Of a DNA stretch of 64,000 nucleotides, positions 11,881-24,378 are shown piece by piece. Under the pieces are notes generated by a model that worked only from the letters and a program-made list of their open reading frames with translations, ran no database searches and had not been told where the DNA came from. Both the position numbers and the translations under genes were made by a program. The stretch lies in contig NC_135827.1 of NCBI RefSeq assembly GCF_964213995.1, positions 21,080,001-21,144,000 of the forward strand, read 5' to 3'. Numbering within the stretch: position 1 is the stretch's first letter; every line of letters starts with the position of its first letter. Origin of the DNA: Mustelus asterias. Taxonomy: Eukaryota.

Positions 11881-14550
11881 AACTTTGCATCAATTGAACC
11901 TTTATAAGCATTTAGTTGCTTGACAAATGTGGAAATGATATTACAGATCTATTATATTCAGTCACTTCACTAATTTGTGAGCTAGTATTGTACAAAGTTC
12001 CCTATAAACAGTATAGTTGCGAGGAACTGATGAAAACAAGGCAGAGAAACAAACAGGGGTTTATTTTGAGATTTCACTCTATACAAGATAGAGATAAGAA
12101 TGCTTCAGAACTCCATGACTCCCAGACTCCAACTGCCATAAAGCTCACATTTCCTCCCTCAATTCACACACCTTGCCATAATTGGCCCAATGGGTCATGT
12201 GTCCCCCAATAATACAGCCTTAATGGGGCACACGACCACATCCCTCCCCCTTTAAGTCCTTAATTAACTATTTTACAATAACAAAACTATTTATAATATT
12301 ATACAACAAAAGGTGGAAACGTAATACAGTCTCATAAAGTAATTCCCTGGAGATTTTCTAATTCTTTGAAAGCACTGTAATTCTTTTGCTGGCACTTCAT
12401 CAGTTGATGTAGTTCCATCTTGAATAAAAGCAGGAGGGCTTTCAATTTGTTAACATGCTGTAGTGCATATAACCTCTGGAATGTTACTTGATCCCTCCTT
12501 AGGGTTCTTGGATTCAGTTCCGCTCGCAATCGCTGGAGCCACACTAATAGGCGTAGCAGAAAGAGACTGCTTACGTCATTCTATGCTTGGTTCTCTTCTC
12601 CTCAGATGGTCCACATGCTTCTTCACTCTCTTCCTTTGTACATCAACAACGTATGACACTAGACCTGTCTTGACCATAACCATCCCAGGGACCCAATTCG
12701 GACCAACATTGAAATTTCTTACATAAACATTATTTACCTGAAAAGTACTCTGAACCTTGGTGGAGTCATGATATCTCTTATCTGCATTCTGTTTTGCTTC
12801 CACTCTCCCCACCAAATTTGGAAATATTAAATCAAGTCTTGTCCAAAGAAATCTTCCCATGAGCAATACAGCAGAGGTAGCTCCTGTAGTGGCATGGTTG
12901 TTCTGTACATTAGTAAAAAACGGGCCAATCGAATTTGTAAAAACACAAGTACAAACACAAAAACACAAGCAGCTTTAAACGTCAGGACAGCCTTTCCAGC
13001 TAACCCATTTGAGGCTGGATGGCTGTTCTAACATGCTGAATCCCATTGGTTCGCATGAAGTGTTGAAACTCCTCACTTGTGAATGCAGTCACATTGTCAG
13101 AACTCAAACAACCCATGTGTAGTGAATGTCTACTGTAATTTATCAACTATGGCTAAGGAAGTCATACTCTTCATCTCATGAATGTTCATCCATTTAAAAT
13201 AAGCATCAATAATGAGGACAAACATGCTGCCCATGAAGGGCCCACAAAATCAACATAGAGTCACACACATGGCCGACCTGGCCATTTCCACAGGTGCAGA
13301 AAAGCCAAAAGTGGTAAACTTTGCTGTACTTGACACTGCTCACAGTGTTTTATGAGATCTTCAATATCTTTATCGATCCCAGGTGACCACACAGCTCCGG
13401 GCTAACATTTTAACTTTTGTCACATCGGGATGCTTTAAGCTGTCTTCCTTTGCCGCAAAGTATTCCACCGCCACCAGTGCCCCATGAAATTGGGCTCACT
13501 CTTAACTTTCTGGACATGTCATCGGTATCAGTAAGACAAGTCAAGTTGTGGAATCAAAGGGACCCCATCTTATCGAAAGTCAAACAGATGGTCCTTCACG
13601 GTTGGCAAGATGACAAGTCCAAACAATTTGACTTCTCCAAATCAGAAAGGATGAACTGAGTTGTGAGGATGGAGTACTGTTGTGGGGAGCCAGGGAGTTG
13701 TTCCTGCTTTTGCATGGACAATTCTTCTAAGAGCATTGCCCATAAGCACATGTAAGGGTGCCAACAATGTGGACAGGTTGGGGATAAATCGTCCACAATA
13801 ATTCACCAACACCAAAAATGATTTTAGTTTTGATAAGTTTCCGGGGGTTGATGCTCCCTGGATCACATTAATCTTCTACTCCATAAGATGTAGCCCTTTA
13901 GCATCAACCTTGTGAAACCCAAATATGTTACATTTTCTTCAGAAGCTCCAGCAATTAATCCATCTTTGAATAGACAACTACCTTAGGCAGGTCCTGTAAT
14001 ACGACTTCCATGATACATTAGAATATGGCACAAGCCAAAGATACACCAAATGGCAGCTGGGTACATTGATACAAGCTGTTGTGGATGTTAATCATCATGA
14101 ATTACCTAGATGCCTCATTCAATTTAATTGTCTGATAAGCGTGACTCACGCCATGTTTTGGTGAGTGAACGTTCCAGCTAATTTAGCATTTACGTCTTCG
14201 ATTTTCAGTATAGGGCACTGATCCAGTTTTGCTGCTTGTTTGATGGCTATCTTATAATCTCCACATATCCTGTTTGGTTTAACAACAGCGATGAGGGGGG
14301 CAGCTCAGTCAGAAAACCGCACAGGCTTCATTATTCCTGAGCCCTTCAGCCACTTGAGCACAGCTTCTACGTTTTGGTATAAAGCATAAGGCACTGGACA
14401 AGCTCTGTACAACTTGAGTGTTGACTCAGAATAAATGTAGGTTTTTGCCTTGATACCCTGCATTTTACCCAGTTCATTCTGAAATACTTCTTGGTATTTC
14501 TTTAATTTTCATGAAAACTGCCTTCTTTAACGCTGAAGATCACTGTGCTA

Positions 14551-14890
14551 CGCGGCACGGTAGCACAGTGGTTAGCACTGCTGCTTCACAGCTCCAGGGA
14601 CCTGGGTTTGATTCCCAGCTTGGGTCACTGTCTGTGTGGAGTTTGCACATTCTCTTCGTGTCTGCGTGGGTTTCCTCCGGGTGCTCCGGTTTCCTCCCAC
14701 AGTCCAAAGATGTGCGGGTTAGGTTGATTGGCCATACTAAATTGCCCCTTAGTGTCCTGGGATGCGTAGATTAGAGGGATTAGCAGATAAAATATGTAGG
14801 GATATGGGAGTGGGATTGTGGTCGGAGCAGACTCGATGGGCCGAATGGCCTCTTTCTGTACTGTAGGGTTTCTATGATCTATGATCTCTA
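14551..14890 (+). mobile_element. HE1-type V-SINE nested in the Gypsy element
   Basis: Full head, V-domain and tail. Confidence 0.85.
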
Positions 14891-14979
14891 ACAAATTTAA
14901 TCAGATTTGATGGAGCCAATCTCATCCTACGAGACTTAGCCCTTGACCATGATGACAGGTAACTGGTCTGACTGATGTT

Positions 14980-15622
14980 CATTTGATTTATTATGGTCAC
15001 ATGAATTAGTCTACAGTGAAAAGTATTGTTTCTCGCGTGCTATACAGACAGAGCATACCGTTCATAGAGAAGGAAAGGAGAAAGTGCAAAATGTAGTGTT
15101 ACAGTCATAGCTAGGGTGTAGAGAAAGATCAACTTAATGCAAGGTAGGTCCATTCAAAAGTCTGATGGCAGTAGGGAAGAAGTTGTTCTTGAGTCGGTTG
15201 ATACATGACCTCAGACTTTTGTATCTTTTTCCCGATGAAAGAAGGTGGAAGAGAGAATGTCCGGGGTGCGTGGAGTCCTTAATTATGCTGGCTGCTTTGC
15301 TGAGGCAGCGGGAAGTATAGACAGAGTCAATGGATGGGAGGCTGGATTGTGTGATGGATTGGGCTGTATTCATGACCTTTTGTAGTTTCTTGCGGTCCTG
15401 GGCAGAGCAGGAGCCATACCAAGCTGCGATTCAACCAAAAGAATGCTTTCTTTGGTGCATCTGTGAAAGGTGGAGAGAGTCGTAGCTGACATGCCAAATT
15501 TCCTTAGTCTTCTGAGAAAGTAGAGGGGTTGATGGGCTTTCTTGACTATAGTGTCGGCATGGAGGGACCAGGACAGGTTGTTAGTGATCTGGATACCTAA
15601 AACCTTGGAGCTCTCAACTTTC
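14980..15622 (-). mobile_element. Rex1/Babar-type LINE 3' fragment nested in the Gypsy element
   Basis: KVLGIQITNNLSWSLHADTIVKKAHQPLYFLRRLRKFGM; HPGHSLFHLLSSGKRYKS..RLKNNFFP. Confidence 0.8.
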
Positions 15623-16334
15623 ATCTCGACGGATGTTGGTAGGCTACTGGTGCTGCTGTGGTACTGAGTATCTTTAAGGCTTCACCAATGTATGTGGCCA
15701 GCTTGGTCATTGTGCTTTTCAATTCCAGAGGCTGGACCACACCCTGAAAATACCGATATGTCTTTTCTCCTATGTTGGTGACAGAGACTCTTGTATGCAC
15801 TTTCATTCTTAGTGGCCGACGGTTCACCATTAACACAATTACAACTGGGGCTGACTTACTCACTTGAATATTGTTTAATCTGTAAACTTCAGGTTCTTCT
15901 TAAAAGTTATTTTCTAAACTATGCACCAAAGTCATAGCTTTTTTCTGTTGGCCTTTGGTAGACTTTGCATTTAATCCGAAAATGCCCCCTTCTGTTACAG
16001 GCAAAACATGTTACATCTTTAAATTTACATCTTTCCTGTAATGTTTTGCTATCTGACTGTTAAAGTCTATGAAAGCATTTATTTCACTGCAAAAGAACAG
16101 CATGCTTTATCATGCTGTTGTCGTAACATTTTGCAGCTATTTTGAGATCAAGAATTAATCAACTGTATTACAAGTGGTTCAAATGGAATTTAAAATATCA
16201 TTAACTTTGGTTAACATGAACCCATTTTAACATTCCTTTTGTGGAATTTTACATCCCCGCGCACATCTTTTAATCTTTGCTAAAGGAAAGCTTAATTTCC
16301 TTAGATGTTCTTCCCTCACAGTGACAGCTGTATC

Positions 16335-16740
16335 TCAATTGGTGACACTCTCACCTCTGGGTCAGAAGGTCCATAGAATCACAGAATCCCTACAGCGCTG
16401 AAAGAGGCCATTCGGCCCATCGAGCCTGCACTGGCTGCACTGCTAGAGGTGCCATTTTTCAAATGAGCTGTTATGCTGAGGCTCCAGCTCTCAGGTGGAT
16501 CTAGAAGATTCCATGCCAATTTCAAAGAAGAAATGGGAGTCATCCCAGCATCTGAGCCAATATTTATCCCTCAGCCAACATCACAAAAACAAATTTTCTG
16601 TCATTAAGAGGTGCCTGTTGGTGGGAGCTTGCTGTGGGCAAATTGCCTCCCAGTGACTGCACTTCAACATTTACTTCATTAGTGGTAACTTTGAGACATC
16701 CGGTGGCTTTGAAAAGCGCTATCTAAATGCAAATCTTGCT
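16335..16740 (+). mobile_element. Deu-domain-like SINE (ancient, degraded), interrupted by an HE1 tail fragment
   Basis: gcactgctagaggtgccatttttcaaatgag resembles the Deu core as I recall it; a related copy lies at ~48585-48910. Confidence 0.5.
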
Positions 16741-17656
16741 TTTCATTTTGCTCTCTTGTTGTGAGGTGTTCTTCAATGATCATTGGTTGGTTACTTGAAA
16801 ACCAATTTTAATCATGGAGCATTCCAGCAAGTTGTTCTGACAATGGTCATGTAAAAATATTGACATACACAGGATTGGCTACTCTTAATCATTAGGCATG
16901 ACGTTTGCCCATTTAATTTTCTTGCTGCACATATCAATTTACCTGATGCTGAAAAATAATCAGTACAGCCTATGTCAATGGATTTATAATCTGTCTGATC
17001 ATAGTTTCCACTCCAATTATTTCCTTGATGTAAACATCTTCATGCACATTGAAGCATTTTAAAAAGAAAGATAGTTTAAAATATGAAGCTTGATAGATCA
17101 CTGAGGGAGGTTTGCAGATTTCTACTGTGGTGAAGGTAAATCTAATTTTATAAGAGCGCACTGCTTCGCACTTACCAAGGCTGCAGTAAACCACCTTTCT
17201 GAAAATTATCGACTTGTTGCTCCAAGCATATCAAGTGCAAGAGCAAAACTACTGACCTTTCCAATCTTTGCAGAATTAATTTTCAGTGGTTTTATGCAAC
17301 TGTTCATTGTGAGGAAGCACTAAAGTAACTAAATGTATGGTCTATTTTAGTGTGTGCTGTTTATTGTCGCTTTGTTTTGGAAGCCAGGGGCAATTCACAG
17401 TGTGCCATGCCACTAATACACCCAGTTTTACCTTAGAGAAAAAAGCTTTTGGATAGAAAAATCTAGTTTTCTGAAAAAAATATATAAATAGTTCCTGAAA
17501 AATTATAAATTGAGTTATGGTGCATTAATTGTTTATTATGGAATGGCTCTTCCAAATTCTAACAGATTCATATTAAATTATATGATTGCCTTCCTTTTTA
17601 AATATTATATAAATACATTAGATAGGAAATCTGGGACCTGAACACTGTGTATGATG

Positions 17657-17871
17657 TGGAGTTGCCAGCGTTGGACTGGGGTGGGCACAGTAAGTAGTCT
17701 CACAACACCAGGTTAAAGTCCAACAGGTTTATTTGGTAGCACGAGCTTTCGGAGCGCTGCTCCTTTATCAGGTGAGTGCCACTCGCCTGAGGAAGGAGTG
17801 GCGCTTCGAAAGCTCATGCTACCAAATAAACCTGTTGGACTTTAACCTGGTGTTGTGAGACTACTTACTGT
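17657..17871. mobile_element. Penelope-like pLTR fold-back insertion with hammerhead-like motifs
   Basis: Inverted arms sharing caacaccaggttaaagtccaacaggtttatttggtagc; 13-bp TSD actgtg(t/c)atgatg. Confidence 0.75.
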
Positions 17872-18287
17872 ACTGTGCATGATGTATGGAGTTTAATTCC
17901 CATTTACATTTTATAGCTTAATTTCCCTGAGTTGATGAGTCATTGTTGTTGGAATTCAGCGTGACCACTGGTTATTCCACCTGTCCGATATTCAGTACAC
18001 GGGTGAGCAATGGACTAACTTTTGTTTGTCGCTCTTAATCACAGTTAATTCCTTTTCCAATTTGTTTCTTTAAAAATATATATTTAAAAGGTGTAATTAA
18101 GAAATGGGTCAAATGCCTTCCTACTTTTGTCGTCTACTGGAATTCACTAAATTAGAGATTTAAACACATGATACAGTAACCCAGAGGAGGGTAAAAGGAG
18201 GGAAAGTAAGGGCAGCCACAAACTCCTGAAGCGTAGCGGGAGTTTGGTAGGGTAGAGCATCTGATCAGAAAGGAATGACATCAGAGG

Positions 18288-18628
18288 AACGGTGGCACGG
18301 TAGCACAGTGGTTAGCACTGCTGCTTCACAGCTCCAGGGACCTGGGTTCGATTCCTGGCTTGGGTCACTGTCTGTGTGGAGTTTGCACATTCTCCTTGTG
18401 CCTGCATGGGTTTCCTCCGGGTGCTCTGGTTCCCTCCCACAGTCCAAAGATGTGCGGGTTAGGTTGATTGGCCATGCTAAAATTGCCCCGTAGTATCCTG
18501 GGATGTGTAGGTTATAGGGATTAGTGGGTAAAATATGTAGGGATATGGGAGTAGGGTCTGGGTGGGATTGTGGTCGGTGCAGACTCGATGGGCCGAATGG
18601 CCTCTTTCTGTACTGTAGGGATTCTATG
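18288..18628 (+). mobile_element. HE1-type V-SINE
   Basis: Full-length motifs. Confidence 0.85.
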
Positions 18629-19587
18629 GTGAAGAGAAAGAGGGATCAGAATCAGGAGGCTGGCAATTGATAAAATCTTTTGGGGAAGGACTGGGAGAGC
18701 CAAAGTTTTCACAAAATCCCAGAAAACACTTTCGAAGTTGAGACAATAGATCAGGAAGGAAACTGTCCACAAAATTGGAAAGTCCCTTTGAGATCCAGAA
18801 CTAATACAATAATTCTTCAGACTTCTCTTGAAAGAAACAAAAGATTTTATGAAATAAGCTGCTATTTCCTTTTGTGGCAGGAGTGCAGTGAGCAAACAGT
18901 GAATGAAAGCAAAAAAAAAGCCATACTAACTGAATATGGTTTGCATTTCAGATTTGGAGCTTTTAAACATAAATATTCCTCAAGTGATATTCCAAACAAG
19001 CTCTCATGTGCTACACATGAAAGCCCGTGACAGATTAGCATGAATACAGCTTCCCCCCCACATCCATATATGGTTAGGCAATGGAACTCAGCACATTTCC
19101 CCCCCGACCTTTGCCTTGTTTTGTACAAGGAAAGTTGGAGGACTCTCAGAAATTAAACTACTTCCTCCGGCTTTAAATGTCTACAGTGCAAAATTAATAA
19201 TTTTACTTAAATACCACCTCTCACTTTGAGTCAAGCTATGATAAATAATTACCGATAGCTGTTCGGGAACTACTGCAAAACAACCATCAGTATAACTATG
19301 TCACTCACCCCTAAAACCTCACTAATTAAACCCACTTTACTGAAAGTTTCCCTGTTCTTTGAATTTTTTGTTCTGAGTGCATTGCAAAGGGAAACAAATC
19401 ACCATTTGAAATTAATTCATGTTAAGAATATCCCAATGTTTCTTCTTTACATTAATTGCTCAAGTTAAAATTAATTAATGTCAATGAATAACAATTAGTT
19501 ATAACTTTTACCCTAATTGATTAGCATTACTGAGGAATCACTAAATGTGATATTGCTGAATGAGTAAAGGCATTGTAGTCTCTGGAG

Positions 19588-19915
19588 TCGATGTTTCCCC
19601 TTGTGGGGCAATCTAGAATGAGAGGTCATAGTTTTAGGATAACGGGTCGCACGTTTAAAACAGAGATGAGGAGAAACTTCTCTCAAAGGGTCATGAATCT
19701 GTGGAATTCACTACCCCAGAGTGCACTGGACGCCGGGACATTGAGTAAATTTGAGGAAATTGTGAGATTTTAAATGTGTAATGGGTTAACGGGTTATGGA
19801 GAACAGGCAGGAAAGTGAAGTTAAGGCCACTTGAGACAAGGTCAGCCATGATCGTTTTGAATGGTGGAGCAGGCCCAGGGGGCTGAATTGCCGACTCCTG
19901 CTCCTAGTTCTTATG
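19588..19915 (+). mobile_element. CR1 LINE 3' end
   Basis: MFPLVGQSRMRGHS...NLWNSLPQ. Confidence 0.75.
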
Positions 19916-20819
19916 TTTTCACAAAGTTACTGGTGTGGAAAGTTTTGAGAGTTGTTGTTGCACGTTCTTTAACTGGTGAACTCTGCAACCACTATATGTC
20001 AATGGTGGATGGTGCTGCCAATCAAGCAGGCCTCCTTCCTTGGGTCACGAGGTGCAGATACCCAGCCCTGATCTGTTCCAGAAGCTATGGCATTTACTTG
20101 GTCTAGTTGTGTTCCTGGTCAGCATGATGACCTACCAGGATATTGATGGTGGGGGAGTTGATGAAGGCAAAGGCTTTGATTGTCATGGGAAGGTTGTTAG
20201 AGGCACTCTTTTTGAAGACGGCCATTTCCTGGTACTTCTGTGGCCTGAATGTTATGCAGCACAAGTCTTCGCTGGGCAAGTCTAAATGTTGTCCAGGTCT
20301 TGATATGCACAGATATGGACTGCATCAGTATCTGACTAATTCCAAACAGAAACTGCCTGATCATCAACAAACCAATCCACTCCTGACTTTGTGAAGGATG
20401 GAGGTCGCATATGAAACATCTGCAGATTGTTGGGCCTAGGATTCTGACCTGAGTACCTCCAGCAGTGATGTCCTGGGACTGAGATGCTGAACCTACAACA
20501 ATCGCAATCTTCATCCTTTGTGACAGATAGGATTCAGATCACCTGAGAGATTTCCCCCGCCCGCCGATTCCGATCAACTTCATTTTTACTCGAGCTCCTC
20601 TCCTTCATGCCACAGTCGGGCAAATATCTTGATTTCAAGGGCAGTCACTCACACCCAAACCTTGGAATTTAGTTCTCGTGCCCATGTTTGGACCCAGGCT
20701 GTGATGGGATATGGAGCCAAATGGCTCTGATGGAACTCAATGGTCATCAATAATGCAGTCTTGAGGGCGGATATGGTTAAGCTGTGCTATACAAACACCA
20801 TTACAAAATGGCAAATGCA

Positions 20820-21562
20820 AATCATAGAATCACAGAAACCCTACACTGCCGAAGGAGGTCATTCTGCCCATCGAGTCTCATAGAAACATAGAATCCCTAC
20901 AATGCAGAAGGAAGCCATTTGGCCCATCGAGCCTGCACTGACAACAATCCCACCCAGATCCCATTTGGGGCGACACACTGGCACAGTGGTTAGCACTGCT
21001 GCCTCACAGTGCCGGGGACCCAGGTTCAATTCCAGCCTCAGGTCACTGTGTGGAGTTTGCACATTCTCCCCGTGTCTGCATGGGGTTCCTCCGGGTGCTC
21101 CGGTTTCCTCCCATAGTCCAAAGATGTGCAGATTAAGTTGACTGGCCATGCTAAATTGACCCTAGTGTCAGGGGATTAGCAGGGTAAATATGTGGGGTTA
21201 CAGGAATAGGGCCTGGGTAGGATTGTGGTCGGTGCAGACTCGATGGGCCGAATGGCCTCCTTCTGCACTGCAGGGATTCTATGAGTCTGCACCGACCACA
21301 ATCCCACCCAGGCTCTTCCCAGTAGCCCCATTTAATTACCCTGCTAGAGCCCATGACACAAAGGGTCAAGTTAGCATGGCCAATCAACCTAACCCGCATA
21401 GCTTTGGACTGTGGGAGGAAACCAGAGCACCCGGAGGAAACCCACGCAGACACGAGGAAAATGTGCAAAGTCCACACAAACAGCGACCCAAGCCGGGAAT
21501 TGAACCCAGGTCTCTGGCACTGTGAGACAGCAGTGCTAACCACTGTGCCACCGTGCCGCCCT
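20820..21562. mobile_element. Cluster of HE1 SINEs and tails in opposite orientations
   Basis: + copy ~20967-21283, - copy ~21283-21562, tail fragments upstream. Confidence 0.8.
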
Positions 21563-21914
21563 TATACGATGGAATCTAATTTCAGATGCTGTATTATTCC
21601 CTTGTTTGTGCCATCAGACACTGAACTCTTGTTGTCGGATACTCCCAGCTCTGTGACATCCACAACAGCTCACTGATCTGTACCATCGATGCTGTGCCAT
21701 CACACATTCCATGCTCTCTAATGCCCAAATCTGTGCTATCAGACATTTTCAGCTCTGTGACATCTACAACCACTCATTGCACTTGTCATCAAATATTCCC
21801 AGTGTTATGTCCTCAAATATTCATGGCCTTTCCACCACATTTTTTCCTATAATACTTCATATCTCACAACAGCAGATCCAAAACTCAGTGGAAATATGAA
21901 AACCATTGAAGTTA

Positions 21915-22210
21915 ATTTATTAGTGTCACAAGTCGGCTTACATTAACACTGCAATGAAGTTACTGTGAAAATCCCCTAGTCGCGACATGCCGGCGCCTGT
22001 TTGGGTACACTGAGGGAGAATTTAGCATGGCCAATGCACCTAACCGGCATGTCTTTCGGAGTGTGGGAGGAAACCAGAGCACCCAGAGGAAATCCACGCA
22101 GACATGGGGAGAACGTGTGAGACTCCACACAGTCACCCGAGGCCGGAATTGAACCTGGCTCCCTGGCGCTGTGAAGTAGCAGTGATAACCACTGTGCCAC
22201 CATGCCACCA
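21915..22210 (-). mobile_element. V-SINE with alternative 3' tail
   Basis: HE1-like head and V-domain, but tail ...ggcgactaggggattttcacagtaacttcattgcagtg...; same type at 28192-28480 (+) and 57310-57610 (-). Confidence 0.75.
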
Positions 22211-22219
22211 AAACAATGG

Positions 22220-22292
22220 CAGCCAACATGGGGCGCAAACCCACGACCCTGAGATTAAGAGTCTTATGCTCTACCGACTGAGCTAGCCGGGC
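22220..22292 (-). pseudogene. tRNA-Lys(CTT) pseudogene
   Basis: GCCCGGCTAGCTCAGTCGGTAGAGCATAAGACTCTTAATCTCAGGGTCGTGGGTTTGCGCCCCATGTTGGCTG matches vertebrate tRNA-Lys-CTT, with a mutated T-loop/B box and acceptor stem; followed by CCA and TTTT. Confidence 0.85.
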
Positions 22293-22800
22293 ATACGTAA
22301 TCAACCAGTGAACAGTGCATACCACACGATTTCCATTCCTGTTTCACTTGGAGCTGATGACTCAATATTGCATCGGTATTAAATGCAATAACATTTTCTA
22401 TTCACCCTTACCAACACCCAACTAAATTTCAGCAAATGAGTCACAAATCCTTTAATATTTTTCATCGTTAACAATATTTTTAAATAATCTGTTGACTACA
22501 CATTATACTGAGAGTATGTTACATAACAAGCTGAAACCAGCAGAAATGAATGCAAGAGCTTTTGTCAAGTTGAGATATTTATTCTCACGAATGCAATCTC
22601 CAGTTAGTCTCGGTGTTCTCCATCATTTACCATAGAATCCCTACACTTTTTTTTAGTGTGGCACAGTGGTTAGCACAGCTGCCTCACAGCGCCAGGGACC
22701 CAGGTTCAATTCCCAGCTTGGGTCACTGTCTGTGTGGAGTTTGCATGTTCTCCCTTGTCTGCGTGGGTTTCCTCCGGGTGCTCTGGTTTCCTCCCACAGT

Positions 22801-23010
22801 AAGAAGTTTAACAACACCAGGTTAAAGTCCAACAGGTTTATTTGGTAGCAAAAGCCACACAAGCTTTCGGAGCTCCAAGTCCCTTCTTCAGGTGAGAGCT
22901 CCGAAAGCTTGTGTGGCTTTTGCTACCAAATAAACCTGTTGGACTTTAACCTAGTGTTGTTAAACTTCTTACTGTGTTTACCCCAGTCCAACGCCGACAT
23001 CTCCACATCA
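22801..23010. mobile_element. Penelope-like fold-back insertion inside an HE1 SINE (22658-23185)
   Basis: Inverted arms; TSD ttcctcccacagt at 22788-22800 and 23011-23023. Confidence 0.78.
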
Positions 23011-23576
23011 TTCCTCCCACAGTCCAAACATGTGCAGGTTAGGTGGATTAGCCTTGCTAAATTGCCCCTTAGCGTCAGGGGGGTTAGAAGGGTAAATACG
23101 TGGGGTTGCGGGGATAGGGCCCAGGTGGGATTGTTGTCGGTGCAGGCTCGATGGGCCGAATGGCCTCCTGCACTCGTGATTCTATGGAAAGGAGACCATT
23201 CAGCCCATCTAGTCTGCAGTGACTCCCGAAAGAGTATTTTACCCACGCCCACCGCCCTGCCCTATGCCTGTAATCTGCGCATTTCCCATGGCCAATTCAC
23301 CTAACCCACATATCATTGGACAGTGGGAGGAATCCGGAGCACCCGTAGGAAACCGGAGCAGACATGGGGAGAATGTGCAGCCTCCACACAGACAGTCACT
23401 CAAGGTCGGAATTGAACCCAGGGACCCTGTGGTCCCTGTGCTAACCACTGTGCTACCGTGCCGCCCTGACAGAGATAAACCAAGACGTGGAGATGCCGGC
23501 GTTGGACTGGGGTGAACACGGTAAGAAGTCTCACAACACCAGGTTAAAGTCCAACAGGTTTATTTGGTAGCAAATA

Positions 23577-23613
23577 CCATAAGCTTTCGGAGCACTGCTC
23601 CTTCGTCAGATGG
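23577..23613 (-). ncRNA. Hammerhead ribozyme motif (mirror copy)
   Basis: Reverse complement of 24342-24378. Confidence 0.7.
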
Positions 23614-24341
23614 AGTGGAAATGTGCTCACAAACAGTGCAAACAGACAAAATCAAGTTGCAGAATACTGATTAGAATGCGAATCCTACAGCCAGCCAGGT
23701 CTTAAAGGTACAGACAATGTTGGTGGAGGGAACATTAAACACAGGTTAAAGAAATGTGTATTGTCTCCAGACAGAACAGCTAGTGAGATTCTACAAGCCC
23801 AGGAGGTAAGCTGTGGGGGTTACTGATAATGTGACATAAATCCAACATCCCGGTTTAGGCCGTCCTCATGTGTGCGGAACTTGGCTATCAGTTTCTGCTC
23901 AGCGACTCTGCGCTGTCGTGTGTTGTGAAGGCCGCCTTGGAGAACGCTTACCTGAAGATCCAAGGCTGAACGCAGTCACGGGCATTCAGCCTTGGATCTT
24001 CAGGTAAGCGTTCTCCAAGGCGGCCTTCACGACACACGACAGCGCAGAGTCGCTGAGCAGAAACTGATAGCCAAGTTCTGCACACATGAAGACGGCCTAA
24101 TCCGGGATGTTGGATTTATGTCACATTATCAGTAACCCCCACAGCTTGCCTCCTGGGCTTGTAGAATCTCACTAGCTGTTCTGTCTGGAAACAATACACA
24201 TTTCTTTAACCTGTGTTTAATGTTCCCTCCACCCACATTGTCTGTACCTTTAAGACCTGGCTGGCTGTAGGATTCGCATTCTAATCAGTATTCTGCAACT
24301 TGATTTTGTCTGTTTGCACTGTTTGTGAGCACATTTCCACT

Positions 24342-24378
24342 CCATCTGACGAAGGAGCAGTGCTCCGAAAGCTTATGG
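24342..24378 (+). ncRNA. Minimal type I hammerhead ribozyme motif in the Penelope pLTR
   Basis: CCAT-CTGACGA-A-GGAGC(agt)GCTCC-GAAA-GCTT-ATGG: conserved core, stem II, palindromic stem III, stem I. Confidence 0.7.

Larger units (their letters stand above)
12010..16130 (-). mobile_element. Decayed Gypsy/Ty3 LTR retrotransposon
   Basis: 3' LTR starts TGT at 12240 after PPT taaagggggaggga; integrase C-terminus (WVPG..KTG..SY...KHVDHLR), RT/RNaseH fragments (LKSFLVLVNYCGRFIPNLSTLLAPLH), protease-like region ~15620-15860, CCHC knuckle CFACNRRGHFRIKC ~15966-16007. Confidence 0.85.
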
